64,000 nt of DNA from Kondoa subrosea. Taxonomy: Eukaryota. Location of the stretch: NCBI GenBank assembly GCA_039545335.1, contig BCIN01000001.1, positions 1,795,129 to 1,859,128 on the forward strand, in the 5' to 3' direction. Shown piece by piece: positions 40,448 through 55,838 of the stretch. Within the stretch, counting starts at the first letter, position 1. Each line of letters begins with the position of its first letter. The notes under the pieces were generated by a model that made no database searches, was not told the origin of the DNA, and saw nothing but the letters and a program-made list of their open reading frames with translations. Position numbers and translations under genes: made by a program.

Positions 40448-41623
40448 ATGAACAAGTGAGTCAAGATCGCACCTGGCCGCTTTCCGCTGACTTCAAATAG
40501 AATCGCAGGAAAGGTCGTCAAGCAGGTCGGGCTGGCTGATGCAGACAGTCTTTCAACTGCGACTCATTCTATTCGATAGGTCGTTGGATCACAAGCTCGA
40601 GCCTATGAGCCGCCCGAGTAAGTCTACAAGGGATGTAGGAAGCTGGGCTCTAATCATCTCTCTCCCGCTAGCCCGCACTATGAGACCTTCGTAGACAACA
40701 GAGGTAGAACAAGGACTAGACAAAGAGGCATGCCAGCTGGTCTAACTAAACGAGACGAGAAGATTCTCAAGAAAGTTCGACGAAGAGCTCATCGTCTGGA
40801 CAAAGGTTTCGGTCTCTGTGGTTTCCGTTTCGGCACTCTCTTCTTTATCGCTCTCATTCCTTTCATTGGCGATGTTATTGGGTTCTTGATATGTTATCGT
40901 TTAATCATCGCTTTGGCTACGAAAGCGGATCTCCCACCTCTTTTGAAGTCTCGCATGATCACTAGTGAGTTGTCCTTACCGTCGAGAGATATGTTATTAA
41001 CTGCTTCTCAGATCAACTAGTAAGTCATCTTTGCCCGTTGAGAGAATATATATCTAAGTGCTTTCCAGATTGGCTCGGGCATTGGTGTGTAGCTTTCGAA
41101 TATCGCGAGGCGACAATGAGCTCATGCGCGATATCAGGCTTCGTTCCTATTTTGGGAGACATAGCTCTGGCAGTCTGGAAACCTAACTCAAGAAATTCAC
41201 ACCTGCTCGAAGCTTTCTTGGTAGAAAGAGGTCACCTCAAGTGAGTTCTAGTTTGGAAAGCATATAGATGAGGGCTGATCAATGAAATATAGTCTTGCTG
41301 CTGCCAATGGCTCTGGTGTACATGATCAACGTTCTGAAAATCAAGCGGCTTCCAAAGCGGTCGAACAATCCAAGTGGTGGCACTTCAGCAAACGTGAGCA
41401 TTGTGACTAATTTCTTTCAGGCTTGTCCTGATACAACTTGATGGTACTGGCAGGAACTGGCGAACCTGAAGCACCACAAACAGCTGGATCTATTTCGGCT
41501 AGTCCTCGACCTCAAACCGGACCTATGCGTGAGTCATTCGATGTATGTTCCAAGCATTTAGGCTTATGAGACTGACCAAAAGCTGCCACTGGTGCTGACT
41601 ATGGTCAATCAAGGCGCGTATGA
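40448..41623 (+). CDS. DUF4112 membrane protein
   Basis: KILKKVRRRAHRLDKGFGLCGFRFG...LIPFIGD...GFVPILGDIALAVWKPNSRN; many small exons. Confidence 0.85.
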
Positions 41624-41833
41624 GGAATCAGTTAGGGTTCTGTCACTTTGTACTATTAGGATTGCATCAACATTAGCTAAGCTAGGCTTGACTGTTTCTA
41701 GTGATTACTTCTTTCAGTCACAGGCGCCCTTGAGGGAGGCTCACTGAATCGAATCAAAGTATATGTCTTCACACGCGAAGTTATGCGAAGATTATTCTAT
41801 TCCAGATTTGTAAGACTATTTTTGTGCGAAGAT

Positions 41834-41886
41834 CAGATTGGTAAGATTAATGCAGTAGATTGGTAAGATTAAATACAGTAGATTAA
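41834..41886. repeat. short imperfect tandem repeat (agattggtaagattaa-n-cagt, about 2.4 copies)
   Basis: agattggtaagattaatgcagt / agattggtaagattaaatacagt / agattaa, read directly. Confidence 0.8.
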
Positions 41887-42349
41887 GGGATCGCGTTCGT
41901 TACTGTACCGAGCTGCCACCAGGATGCAGCGCAGTATAGACACATGTTGCGCACACAGCGGTTATAATTCCCCTGTTTGGAATCCGTTTCGCAGGGCGGG
42001 ATCTTACCCCTGGATCGTGTGCCTTGAGTAGTGAATTGTACAGTAAGTCGCAGCTGTACTTCGAGCCCCGACTGCCGGGATCGTAATTCGCATTTCGGCT
42101 GACAGTATCAGCCTGCTTATGTGACACTCTTTCCCCCCACGAGCTCCGAATCTTCTTTCGCAACGCACGACTTTACAAATCTGATTGTGAGGTACAATTT
42201 GCCCCTTGATCGGATTGTACTGAGATTGCAACAATGACAGCGTATCGGCTCGCGCTTAAGCAGCCAAGAGTGCGTCCCTTGAACCATTTATGCTGTCTGC
42301 GGGAATTAATCCACTTTTGCAGTGAACGCCTCCGAAAGGCCTATAAGCA

Positions 42350-43265
42350 ATGAAACCCCTGTTCAATCTGCATCCAAGCGTAAGTCCCCTCTCTACATTA
42401 CGCCTCACGAATGAAGAGATAAGCGGTGGGACTTTACGAACAGGCACTGCTACCGAACTCCCCAAGAAAAGAGGAAGGAAACCCTCATCGAGTGGAGGAG
42501 ACCCTCTAGAGAAGAGGAAAGCACAAAACAGAAGGGCACAGAAGACGTTTAGAGAGAAGAGGAATTTGCATATGCAAGAATTGGAACATGGTGCTGCGAA
42601 TGTGAAAAATCAATTAAGTGCTATGTACGAGGTCTTGAAGAGGTTAGTGATGGTATCTGAAAGTGATGCAGAGCAAGACTGACCCTGGTCCACCCAGTGC
42701 TTGCGAGGAAAATCATGCTTTGGCTGAACGTACAAATGCCGGGTAAGTTTGAGGGGCAACCTGTGGTTGGTCAGATACTGATTAGATGCTTAGCTACACC
42801 CCGCAGACCCTCCTTCAGCGTATTTCCGGTACTTGCTTAGAAAGTTCACTTCGAACTCTACTCGCAAGTGATCAGCGTCTCGACCTAGGCACAGCAGTAC
42901 CAAACAAGTCACCTACCAATCAGCAGGAAAGCCTTTTCGAGACCTCTACTCCATCTTCAGCGGATAGGATGAATCAGATCGATTTGTGGCGCAATGACTT
43001 GAATCTTCAAGCTGGTCTGGCTTCTAGTTCTTTTCCAGTCACCAGCCCTCCTTCTTCTTCGTCTACTTCTCCGACTGCTTACCATTACGAATTGACTCCA
43101 GACTATCAGAATTTTGATTTCCTTTCTCCAGTATCGACCGATCAAATACCTTATTACTATGAAGAGCAGAAAGAACCGTCTGGCCAATATGATCCTCCTG
43201 CGGTTGGCATGGTTGTACCTCTGATCGATCCAGCTACTGGCCAACAGTGGAATTACTCAGTGTAA
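42350..43265 (+). CDS. bZIP transcription factor (AP-1/Yap-like basic region)
   Basis: PKKRGRKP...EKRKAQNRRAQKTFREKRNLHMQELE followed by a heptad zipper. Confidence 0.85.
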
Positions 43266-43818
43266 ATGAAAAGAAGACGAAGCAAGACGACTGTATCATT
43301 ATTTATTGTTTCTCCATTAGGGCATTGATCAACCGAAGTATCTATCGGATCGTATACAAGGAACTTGGGTATCAAACGGACGGCCTCATCTTTGTATCCA
43401 TCTGGTCTATACCGAGCGGAAGTGAGCGATTGAAATTTGTACCATAGTATCGGTTTTGCAATAAGGGATGAAGCGAGATTCTCCAGAATGATGTGCGATA
43501 GCAAAGCGAGAGACTCGATCGCGATCTGCATGATTCCCATCGATTGAAAGAGAAAAGGCAGACGACTAGCGAATAGGCTCAAGAGACTTTCGGCATCACC
43601 AACTCAAGAGGAGACAATGTAGGATTGGTAGATCAGCCGAAGCTCGAATGTAGCGTTTCACTAAATTCCGATCATCGAACTTGCAAACGGCGAGCGCAAC
43701 GAATACCAGAGCATGCATCGAAAGATATCCCAGGCTGATCAGATATAAGCATTGACATATACCACGCACTTGGCAAGGTTGGTCATCAGAAGCACAAGCC
43801 TTGTGAACAGATTTCGAA

Positions 43819-45565
43819 ATGGGTGCAAATGCAAGCCGAGGCGAAAGCGACAATGGGACAGCTACACCGAATTCAGTAAGAGGAGCTCAGGATCTGTACG
43901 CCGTGCTTGGCATAGAAGCTACAGCGACTCAAGAGGAGATCAAGAAAGCATTTAGGAAAAAAGCTCTCGTCGAGCATCCAGACAAGAACCCTGGTGATCC
44001 TGAAGGCGCCAGCAAACGTTTCTTACTCGTTCAACAAGCTTACGAAGTGCTCAGCGATGAAAACGAACGAGCATGGTATGACGGGCATAAAGATGACTTG
44101 GCCCAAAGCCCAAATGGCGAAGATCCTGATTTGGATTTGAGAGCCTCTGCAACTACTTCTCGTGCACCTAATATTTCAACTAGACAACTCCTCAATTTCT
44201 TCGACACCAGAGGTTGGCGAGGGTTTGATGATTCTGAAGAAGGTTTCTATTCAGTCTATCGGACTTTGTTCGACTTGATAGCCAGGGATGAGAAGATGGC
44301 CAAACCTTATCCTGGTGAACCTGCATTCACTTATGAAACTCCTCATTATCCTTCTTTCGGTCATGCTTCGAGTTCCTACGATCAAGATATCAAAAAGTTC
44401 TATGCAGTTTATCAGCACAACTTCGCTTCAAGGAAAGCTTTCGCTAGTGCTGATGTGTATCGAACGACGGAAGCACCTGATAGAAGATACAAGCGAGCTA
44501 TGGAAAAGGAGAACAAACGAGCTCGTGATGATGCACGGAAAGAATACAATGAAACAGTTCGGGTACGTGGCAATAACTACGACATTGAGCATCTAATCTG
44601 ACGACCGAAACAGAGTCTGGCCGCTTTCTTGAAGAAACGAGATCCTAGATTCCTCTCTTCAAATACAGCAGATCCACTTAAAGCCAGAGCATTAGATGCC
44701 GAGAAGTTACGCTACGAGCTCCGACAAGCTGCTCTGGATGCTGCCAAATCCAGAGAGGAAGATGCACAACGCTATCGAGAGCAAGATTGGCAAAGGGTCC
44801 GACCAGTCGAAGTAGACGACAGCGATGGGGAAGTTATAGAACCGCAATGTTCCGCCGGAGAGAACGGAGAAATACACGAGGATGACGAAGAAGAGGAGTT
44901 TCAGGATCTATACTGCCCAGCTTGCGATAAAGACTTCCAAAGTATTGGAGCGTACGAGAATCACGAGAGGAGTAAGAAGCATGTTAAACTGATGAAACAG
45001 TGAGTCAGATGTGTATCACATGGACTGTTGCTGATTTTGTATTAGACTAAAAAAGCAAATGATAGAAGAAGATGCAGAACTTGGTCTGGATATAGACGAT
45101 GCTCCTTCGCCTACGAGAAATGGCCATGCAGAACAGACTTCTACTCAATCACCTGAACCAAGAGAAGCAGACTCGGATATAGAACAGATAGAAGAAGCGA
45201 TAGCTGAATCAACGCTAGAAGTGGAAGAAGAAGATTTACCTCGATCGAAGAAGAAGAAAGGTAGACGGCGCAGGCAGTCTTCTGCCAGCGAAACCGACCT
45301 TTTATCGCTGCAAGCTGAAACTCCAGATGTTCCAACTCCTGAGGAAGCAACTGAACTTCCAGCTGAAGAGAAACCTATACAAATCAGTAAGAAGGACAAG
45401 AGAAGAGCCAAAGAAGCAGCGAAGAAAGCGGCTCTACAATCCCCTTCATCTATCCCCAACCCAGATGGAGGTAAAGAAACCTGTAACGTTTGCAAGCAAT
45501 CTTTCCCCTCGAGAACGAAATTGTTTAACCATGTCAAATCTTCGGGTCATGCTAGAGTCAAGTAG
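43819..45565 (+). CDS. JJJ1: J-domain protein with C2H2 zinc fingers (DNAJC21/Jjj1)
   Basis: J domain with HPD, zuotin-like [16 protein letters not shown]...RDPR, CPAC...NHERSKKH and CNVC...HVKSSGH fingers. Confidence 0.93.
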
Positions 45566-45938
45566 CGTTCGTGCTCATGAAGCTTGGCAAAATGCCTGCG
45601 TGGCCGGCCTGGATTCTATGAGCGGCAGAATCCGCTGCATGATGTTTGCTTCGTAGGGTGCGTCGCTTGCATGATACGCCCGGTTGGTCTGATTCGATAC
45701 AAAATAGCTTGTGTGATCCGTGACATGCAGATCCGCCGGCATAGCTAGGTATACAATGCCTAGAACCGAAGTCATCGCTCGAAGGCATTTTCAGCTTGAA
45801 TGGGATAATTCTGCCTGTCGTTACAAACAGAATTGCTTACAGCGAGTCTTCTAGCATTGAAATCTATTGAAACACTTGCAAGAAAGGCACAAATAGACGA
45901 AATAGGGCTTTCACCTTCTTGACCTGTGACAATATACC

Positions 45939-48107
45939 ATGGATCCCTTAGGCGTCTCTCAGATAATCTCCACGCCTCAGAGGGAGATAGTAACGCATGG
46001 TCGTGTACGCTCAGAGGATGTAGCTGGTCCGCCGACACCAGCCAAAGAAACGTCAATCATAGCGCGGTCAATCCAAGCGCCTAGTCCTTCTGTGCCGCAA
46101 TGGCCAGCATCGCCCAACACAGCTTCTACCTCCTCCTCTCTACAGCAGCAGCAGTCTGCACAGTACCCAGTGGCTTCTTCACCTTGGAGTCCAGCAGCAC
46201 AGAGCTCAGCTTCTGGATCTCAACAGCAATCGCGCATACTGTCACCTACTAGTCCAGGTCATCCTCGGTCTCCTTATACTCGCGAACCACCTCCACCAGC
46301 TCGAGTTGGTCCGATAGACTCATCTGACGATGATAAAGCACCTATCTCTTCTGGCGCCCGATACAATGCTCAACAAGCTCAGCAGCAAGCTCAAGCCAGA
46401 GCGAGAAATACTGCACAGCAAAATAGAGACGCAGCTGCGAATTTGGAAGCGCTGAGAGAAAGAGATCGGGTTGAGGGTTATGTTCGAATTCGAGTACTAG
46501 GGCTAGAGAGGAATAAGAAGGATCTGTGGGTCAAGATGGAAGCTACGGTCCGTTGGTTCTGTGAAATGGTATGATGCATACTTATTACCAGCCGAATTGG
46601 ACAGACCAACCTCTCAACATATCATCAAACGCACGTCAAACCCTTTTCGAGATCTTATGGCGAATGCATAGCACTCCATCTAGCCCTAGCGAGCAATCAT
46701 CCACAACTTATCATACCTGCTTTGCCTTTGACTGAAACTGCAGCAGCCAATGCGGAAGAAGAAGAACGTCTTTTGCGAACAGCCTTCCAGAAATGGGTAG
46801 ACAGAATTAGTAAAAACTTCAACCTGGCTAGAGATGATGAAGTTCGTTCATTCTTGGAATCGCATTTTGGTGTATGTTTGCCGTACTTTATCATCCCGCT
46901 CACTACTTACATTGTTGTAGTACACGCCGACTACTATAAGAAGACGGCTGAAACCTAGCTCATCATTCGCTACCCTTACTTTACGATCATCCAAATCTTC
47001 ATACGAACCTGACGACGAAATGTCACATATCAAGGGCGATATGGCTCAGCTTGAGAATCATTTTGCAGATGTAGCTCGAGCGATAGATAAAGTGGGGCGG
47101 AATAGGAAACGTGAGATTGGTGTTCTCGTTTTAGCTTGTTAGCTGATAGATTGGAACTCCAATGTCACAGTCTTAGCTGGAGCGATGTATGACGCTTCTG
47201 AACAATTGGCCGCATTTTCGACTGTCGAAACTCATAAACCACTACAAATTGGATTTAGAAAAACGGGTGATGGTGTGAAGCGGTTAGGCGATATCGATTC
47301 TGGTTTAGCTACTGCAGAATCGGTCACTTTGGCGGACTCTCTGGCTTATGCTTCTGCCGAAGCGAAAGAGGCAAAGGTGCGTTGGACAAGAAATAGCTTG
47401 AGATTTAATCTCATTCGATTTCTTGCATGGACGTACAGGACGCACTACTACAGCGACAATTGATTGTAGAAGAGCATCGAACAGCAAGTAAAACAGCCAT
47501 CACTAAGAAACGGCAGATTGAAAAGCTAAAATCAAGCAACAATATCAAACCTGAACGAGCGGATGAAGCTCTAGATGAGTTTGAAGATGCAAAGAAACAC
47601 GAGACTGTTCTCGCTTCCAAATTGGCTGCTGTTTCAGACCGACTTGCGCCTAGTTTACACGCCCATACGAAACAGATGCATGATGATTTTTTCGAAGCTT
47701 TGATATTACATGCCAGAACTGGTGCTGCGTTTGAAAAACAAGCATTGAAAGATCTGGAGGTGCTTAGAAATGAAGTGAGAAACATTCCTGCCAAAACTGC
47801 AAACGAGATCGTTTACGTTCATCAACCTCAACCTGTTCAACCTCCCTCTTCTTCTCAAGCGTCTACTCATTCTAGAACCTCTTCTGAAGTTCCTTCTTCG
47901 ACAAGAAATGGAACGCAATCGATGTTCGTACCGCCTACACATTCGAGAGCTGCATCAACAGGTCAATCTCGAATCAATGACTTGGCGAAAAGTGTTATGC
48001 TGCCAGGAGGAGCGACGGATACGATCAAAGGAAGGGAAAGAGTAGTAGATGAAAGGAGAAGAGTAGATGCTAGAAGTGCTGCTTCGAAATTGGCAAACGG
48101 TTTCTGA
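45939..48107 (+). CDS. VPS17: retromer PX-BAR subunit Vps17
   Basis: IRVLGLERNKKD, TNLSTY, RSYGEC, NHPQLIIPALP, EVRSFLESHFG, BAR helices, RRVDARSAASKLANGF. Confidence 0.85.
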
Positions 48108-48190
48108 GGAGAAGAAAGTAGCAGAACCAGCTGCATTGTAGTCTATTACTGTACAATCGTTCCCTTCCCTCCCGCAAATACTTGAGTGCG

Positions 48191-48929
48191 CTACGAATCT
48201 GAGTTCCGTACTTGGATGTTCCATTTCTGCATACAGACAGAGTCAGAGGACTCTTAGATAAAAAACAGAGCATGACAGACCTTGATGAACTCGTTTTGTT
48301 CTTTTTCCTGTTCTCGGAAGAGGACTTAAGCACAGGTAATGTGCAAGCACCGATCTCCGCAAACCTTTTGAGAGTAGGCATTTGCTATACCTTGCATAGT
48401 TTCTTGCAGCTGTTCGTAAGTGTCACCTGTAGCACACAAGGTGCACAAGCACTCGAGAGCAAACCTTTTCTAGCGTCGTCTTGAGCGCAGGCAGCACGTC
48501 TTTTACCGTCCGTTCGACCAGTACAGAATCGATCATGCGAAAACATTTCCCTACAGCTTCGACATGAAGCTTTACGGCTTTCGATTGCAGCGAGTCGACT
48601 TACGATCAGGTTCAGTCTCCATGACTTCTTCTAGTGTCCCTATCACGAGCCTGCACAACCCGAATGGAAGATTTAAGCGATGCATTACGCTGCATAGATC
48701 CTCCGTGGCCGCACTTATGCTCATCTGCGTCTCGTTCCAGTTCACCAGCTTTGGTCATCAGTGCTTGCAGATCTTGTCTGTTTGCATTATAGGTAGCGAC
48801 CAGCTCTGAGCGAGAATAAACCCAAGAACTAAATCAATATCCGCATGAGCATAAACGAGAGGACATACCTTGATCGCTTGGACGCGCAGCTGAAGTGCCC
48901 GAGGCTGTCTTTGTGACTGTCTTAGACAT
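48191..48929 (-). CDS. GIM4: prefoldin subunit 2
   Basis: Absent from the ORF track. Spliced: LQALMTKAGELERDADEHK-LVIGTLEEVMETEPDR-KCFRMIDSVLVERTVKDVLPALK...KWNIQVR. Confidence 0.9.
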
Positions 48930-49034
48930 ATTTCACGTTAAAGAGAGTCGTCGAATAAAGTAAACGAATCATCAATTTGCACGCAAGGTCAATAATGCTT
49001 CATTCGCCTTCTGCTTATCTGAGTGTGTTTTCAG

Positions 49035-50929
49035 CTACATCTTACTCATAGCGACTGTCTCATTAGGTCCTTCTGATTTGAAATCAAATCTAATGATTTG
49101 CCTATCCTCATCTCGCTTGAACACCAACCGTCCATTTCCTGCTTTACTGATGGCGAAGCGGTGAACATCATATAGTTCATTCCCATTAGAGCAGAAGTAT
49201 CTTGCAGTACAGTAGAATATGTCTTTGCTTAGTTCAGTAAGGGCCAGGTAGTGAGTGAGGGTTTCAATGCGCTCTTCGGTAGGAGAGCAGAGATAGAGAA
49301 TGGGTGGTTGAATTGATGGATAAGAATCACGGTTCTTGCTTCTCTTGAGATTCTTGAGCAGCTCCACAGCCTTATGACCAAGATTCGGAGTTTGGTCATT
49401 GAAGATAAGAACACGATTTGTCTCGCTGGCTGCATATAGCCCATAGAATACAGAGAGATCTTGTAACTCTTTGCATTCGGAAGAAGGAACAGTGAAGATG
49501 CCTTTCCAACGCCAACCATCCAATTTATACCGAGAGTTCCAATCTTCCTTTTCCAAAGCCAAGGTGTCTTCCAGAATTTTCAAAGCAGTCATAGATGCTA
49601 CTGCATTGCCTCTTAGAAGTATAGGCATAAGCGAAGGGAGTTACTACTCAAGAGACTCTTGACGTACTGCCTGCTGCGCAAGCCATGACGAGAATAGCTA
49701 TTCCTTCTTGAGGACAAAAAGCAAATGTAGTTCCTAAACCGCTCATGATACCTAAAACATGAGAGACTGGGTATTTTTATATAAAGCATGCGACCATGGA
49801 CGTACCTGAGTGCTCGTAAATTTGGTGACCTTGAAACTCGCTTGTGTTCAATGCACAGCAATATCCCAAAGCCTTATAATCCAGCCCATCCAACGCCGAA
49901 GAAGTAGGCATAAGACCAAAGAAGTTGTACGGCTTGTTATGTATCGTGAAAAGGAATTCCAGTTGCCGATCCGACAGCAAACTCTTAAAGCCAGACTCTA
50001 TGTTCGGTGAAGTAGATTTGACTAGATAAGTGAGCCATTTGATTGCATCGTTTGCTGATAAGAAAAGACCGCCAGCTCCGTCAACTGCACTATCTTCCGG
50101 ATCGGTAGGTTGTTTATGTAAATCGATCTGATAAGCTTGATCTTTGCATGAGATCGAAGGAATAGCAGTTGAAGATATTTCAGGTCGATAAGTAGCTGTA
50201 TTCATACCAAGCGGAATGAAAATATGTTTTCTCATAAATTTAGCGAAAGGTTGACCGGAAATTCTGCAAATGATTTCCGCTAAAATTGCAAAGGCCACAT
50301 TGTTGTAAGCGAAATCTCCAAAGGGAACAGAGTTCTCGAATTCAGCAAACGCTTCGATATCGTGCTTGCGAGTTTGACTTGGTAAGAAGGTTGCCGAGAA
50401 AGGTTGCCATTTACCTACACCAGTTCGATGGGACTGCAGAACATTCGATATAAGTCTGATTGGTCTGTAAGAACAATGTGGACACTTACGAGAAGATCAG
50501 TAATCGTAGCTGCTATCTTAACTTGCTGATCCTTGACTTGAAATTCCGGTATGACATCTTTCACCTTTGTTTCCCACTTCAATTGACCTTGATCAACTAA
50601 GATAGCAATAGCATGCGCGGTAAAGCTTCTAACTCAACAGGATCAGCTGATCAACAAGAAAAATTGTATAAATCGAACTTACTTGCAAACCGAGCCAATG
50701 TTGTACAGAGTAGTATCATCTGGCTTCTGACCGTTCAGCATAGTTCCGCAGTGCAGCTTCGTCTCTTGTGAGCCATATTTCGCATTGATGTCAAAGACGC
50801 TAATCGTTGCTATTCATATCAACTTAGCTATACTTTGTGTATCAAAGAAAGGCGCAGCTCACCTGCTGGTACTGTCCATTCTGATAGCAGGCTCTTGACG
50901 TGAGCTTTGAGCTGAGAAGTATTGAGCAT
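49035..50929 (-). CDS. beta-lactamase/PBP-like serine hydrolase
   Basis: SxxK (IGSVCKSFT), LLSHRTG, YxN (FAYNNVAF), IFIPLGM, GAGGLFLS, HSG. Confidence 0.88.
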
Positions 50930-51670
50930 TACAGGGATGCAGACAAAAAGCAGTGTTGTGATTGAGATGATACACTTAGATCGAAAAGACGGTTGTCGGA
51001 AAGCTTCGATGGTACACAGGAAAGAAAAGGACCCAGATATACCTTGCCTTGAAGCGAAGTAGATTGGCTGTGTCGAGAGCTGTACGTGCAGAGGACGCCT
51101 TCTGTCCTTTCGAGGACATCGCTTCGTCGAGAGCAATGCATAGCGACGGGATACATAGCCCATACACATGAACAGAAAGAAATAGGCAGACAAGGCTAGC
51201 AATAGATGGGAGGAAAGAACCGAGCCCTACTTCTGATATCGTCTGAGCGACATCAGCAAGGCCTCGAACGAGGCTCTGCTCTCTTCTTTCCTAGATTCTC
51301 CTGGGTGCAGTATACTGTATACATGAACTCGCAAGCGCAAAGCAAGGGAAGGAGGAGACAAGGCAGAAAGATGCCAGTGAAAAATATTGCTGAAGCTTTA
51401 CATGAGGATATGTGAGCCTGCATATCATTTCGGTTGGAGAGGGAGAACTGATGAGAAGCAAGCAAATCTTCCGATGAAGAGCAATATCCCTTGCATCCTC
51501 GAATTGTCGAAATAGCGACTTGTATCGGGCTTTATTTGAGATGGATCATGGAAAAGAGTGAACAGCGAGCGTAATAGAGCACAATACACAAATGAGCGAG
51601 AAGCCACTCTGCATCGATATAGCTCGCCGACCATTGGACGCTTTCAAGAAATTCTTGTCCTGAAGCCATC

Positions 51671-52895
<1,225 letters not shown>

Positions 52896-53240
52896 TCTCA
52901 TTCTCATGCTAGTGTGGGAACTTTCACGCGATAATACGCACTGTAGCTGGAGTATGGCTGATATGCAAGGCAAAACATGTGAATAATTTGCAATGCAGTC
53001 GCGTAATTGATTCGCATTACTTTCCATTGCTCTTCCTCACCGCAACTTGACGCGAAGAGTTATCCGCCCTACCGTTTATCCATCATACGCTACGTGCGCT
53101 GTAGCACATTGGTTACGCTCCGGTATAACCCCTACGTCAGAAGTTGCATTCCAATTGGCAAGATTTTCGACTCTCTTTGGATGTGTGCTGCTTCACTTCA
53201 GTGAACGCCTGTCATCGTCATCCGTGCCTAGTCCACTACT

Positions 53241-55498
53241 ATGCCTCCTACGCGCAGCTCACCTAAACGCGGTCCATATCACGCTTTACCTCAAGCCTTA
53301 CCTCCGCTTTCAGAAACTGTAGAACCACCTCACCAAACAAGACTATGGCGTCGTTATCGTCGTTTAGCTTTCTGTCAGTACATTCTGCTCTGCTGCACTA
53401 CTCTGTGGACTCAATCCAAGAGGGAACTTATGCACAGGCTTCTTCGCTGCTCTCATGTTCGTTGCTTCGGTTTGGTACACTCAAACGACGCTCTTGGGGT
53501 CCGAAAGGAATGAGAAACATTCGTACAATGGATTACAGAGAGCTCCTGCGCTTGGATGGAACAGTTGGAATACTTTCAAATGTGACATTGATGAAGATTT
53601 GTTTCTGGAGATGGCTCAGACTAGTAAGTTTGCTCTGTCATCTCCAACTTTGTGCTTGGTTATTGATTATGGCGAAACTGCAGTGGTGGACACTAGATTG
53701 AAGGATCTAGGGTATGATTATGTGATGATTGATGATTGTTGGAGTACGAAAGAACGTGACCCTACAACGAAAAGATTGGTACCTGATCCGAAGAGATTCC
53801 CAAGCGGGATCAAGAAATTGAGTGCGAGAATACATAAAATGGGCATGAAAGTGGGTCTATCTATCTTGGGTCTTGAAAGACTGTACTGATCTACTGTTCA
53901 GATCGGGATATATAGCTCTGCAGGAACGTAGGTGTTTGGAACCTTCATGCGCTTTGTGCATGCGGTTAGCCCAAGATCTATAGACTTACCTGTGCTGGTT
54001 ACCCGGCATCACTGGACTATGAGAAGGTAGAGAAGCTTCAGACACGCGTTCAAGATGTATTACTGTGTTAATGTGTTATTGAAGATCGATGCTGAAACAT
54101 TTGTGAGCCATGTCAAGTTCATCGCTTTCTGGTACTCAAAGACTTCCAGGCTGATTGGAACATCGATTACCTGAAATGTACGCAATATTCCGCGTTTAGC
54201 CTTCTTCAGGCATCGACGATCGAGCACAGACGACAACTGCTATAATGAAGATCGAGATCAATCGCCTGCCAAATCTCTAGCTCGTTATAAGGCAATGTCA
54301 GACAGCCTCTTGGACGCTGGTCGAGATATGGTTTATGCCTTGTGCTCCTGGTGAGCTATGGGTTTCCGCGCGTCGCTTTGCAAGAGACTGATCGCAACAA
54401 ATGATTTTACAGGGGAATGGACTCTGGTTGGTTTCGCGTCCAGTAATTGTAGTAGTACTGATCTTCATCACGCAGTTTTCGACTGGGCTCCTGGAATATC
54501 GAATAGCTGGAGAATGGCTGGCGAGTGGGTCTGGAATCACCACTGAAGGCAGTGCTGATCGAATTGCAGTATTCATGATAAGTTCGACATGGACGCACCG
54601 GAATGTATTTGTACGCACGCCTATTGCTTCAAGCAGGTATGTGTAGCCTCTTCAGTAGTATTAAAGTTCGCTCATGTCTATGCTTCTTTGACTGCCATAG
54701 GGACACGGACCTGGATGCTCAGTAATGAACATCATCAACAAAGCGGCTGAGATTATACAAACTAGCCACGAGGGAGCTTTCAACGATTTGGTAAGAGTCA
54801 ATTTTCCCTGTCATTTTCCCAGGTACTCATATTTGTGCTAGGACATGCTCGAAGTATGCGCTGAGCCTCGACATAAGAATACATTCTAAAAACTTCACAG
54901 GTCGGGAATGGCGGCATGACTGAAGATGAATAGTAGGTCTAATGTCAATTTGATAATCATGATTGACGATGTTCTAGCAAAACACACTTCGCAATGTGGG
55001 CCATTGTCAAGAGTCCCTTGATACTCGGAAACGATCTGCGCAATATGACACAAGCGACCAAAGACATCATCTCAAATAAGCACCTACTCGTGTGTTTTCT
55101 GCGAAGTCTGCCAATCATGGCTGACAGAGAATCTAGGCCATAAATCAAGACTCATTGGCCAGACCAGCTGAACGTGTGCTTATATCAGAGGTTGCAAACG
55201 GAACGTCAGTATTGTATCATGAATTGATAAACGCAAGCTGATCTGCGATCTATGCAGCATTCAATGGTGGAAAGGACCACTCTCGGATGAACGCTATGTC
55301 GTTGCTCTACTCAATCATTCGCCAGTGGAGCAGAACATTGAAGCACCATTGGCCACACTGTTCTCAGGGCTAGACGTAGCGCGAATGTCTGCGATCGATG
55401 TCTGGGACAATTCAACCAGAATACTCGACGCAACATTGACGGCAACGGTCAAGTCGCACGAGACGAAAGTCTTCATCATGTGGGAAGAAGATCGCTGA
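53241..55498 (+). CDS. GH27 alpha-galactosidase
   Basis: [54 protein letters not shown]; many short exons. Confidence 0.95.
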
Positions 55499-55838
55499 CA
55501 AGTATGCAGTATACAGCCTTGGGTATCATTATTTGTACAATAGCAAGACATCGGAAATGAATCGCGAGCGAATTAATGGGACTGGATGGGAGCACGATTT
55601 TTTTCCCAAACTAATACTTGCATTTCTACCTCGGTGTTAAAAAAGGATTAATGACCAAAACCGACGACCAGAAAGCGCAAGCGCCTTTATAAAAACTTGT
55701 AACGTAGTGACCTAAAGTGAAGAAGATACTTTGCACCCAGACCCTTCGCAGCCCTTGCCCTGTCTCAGAACAGCATCAATCTCTTGAGGAGCCAGAAGAA
55801 GAAGAAGCAGGGAGGGTAAGGGGTAGGTGAGGTGTTAT

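Noticed and set aside
41834..41886. Repeat as a CRISPR array or telomeric repeat
   Set aside because: Only about two copies, no unique spacers, and an internal eukaryotic location.
49035..50929. Beta-lactamase-like gene as a recent bacterial transfer or resistance gene
   Set aside because: It contains several spliceosomal introns, the family is widespread in fungi, and there is no mobile-element context.
50940..51640. Possible small spliced minus-strand gene between the beta-lactamase and TYKY genes
   Set aside because: Splice-like signals are present, but I could not assemble a convincing reading frame or homology.
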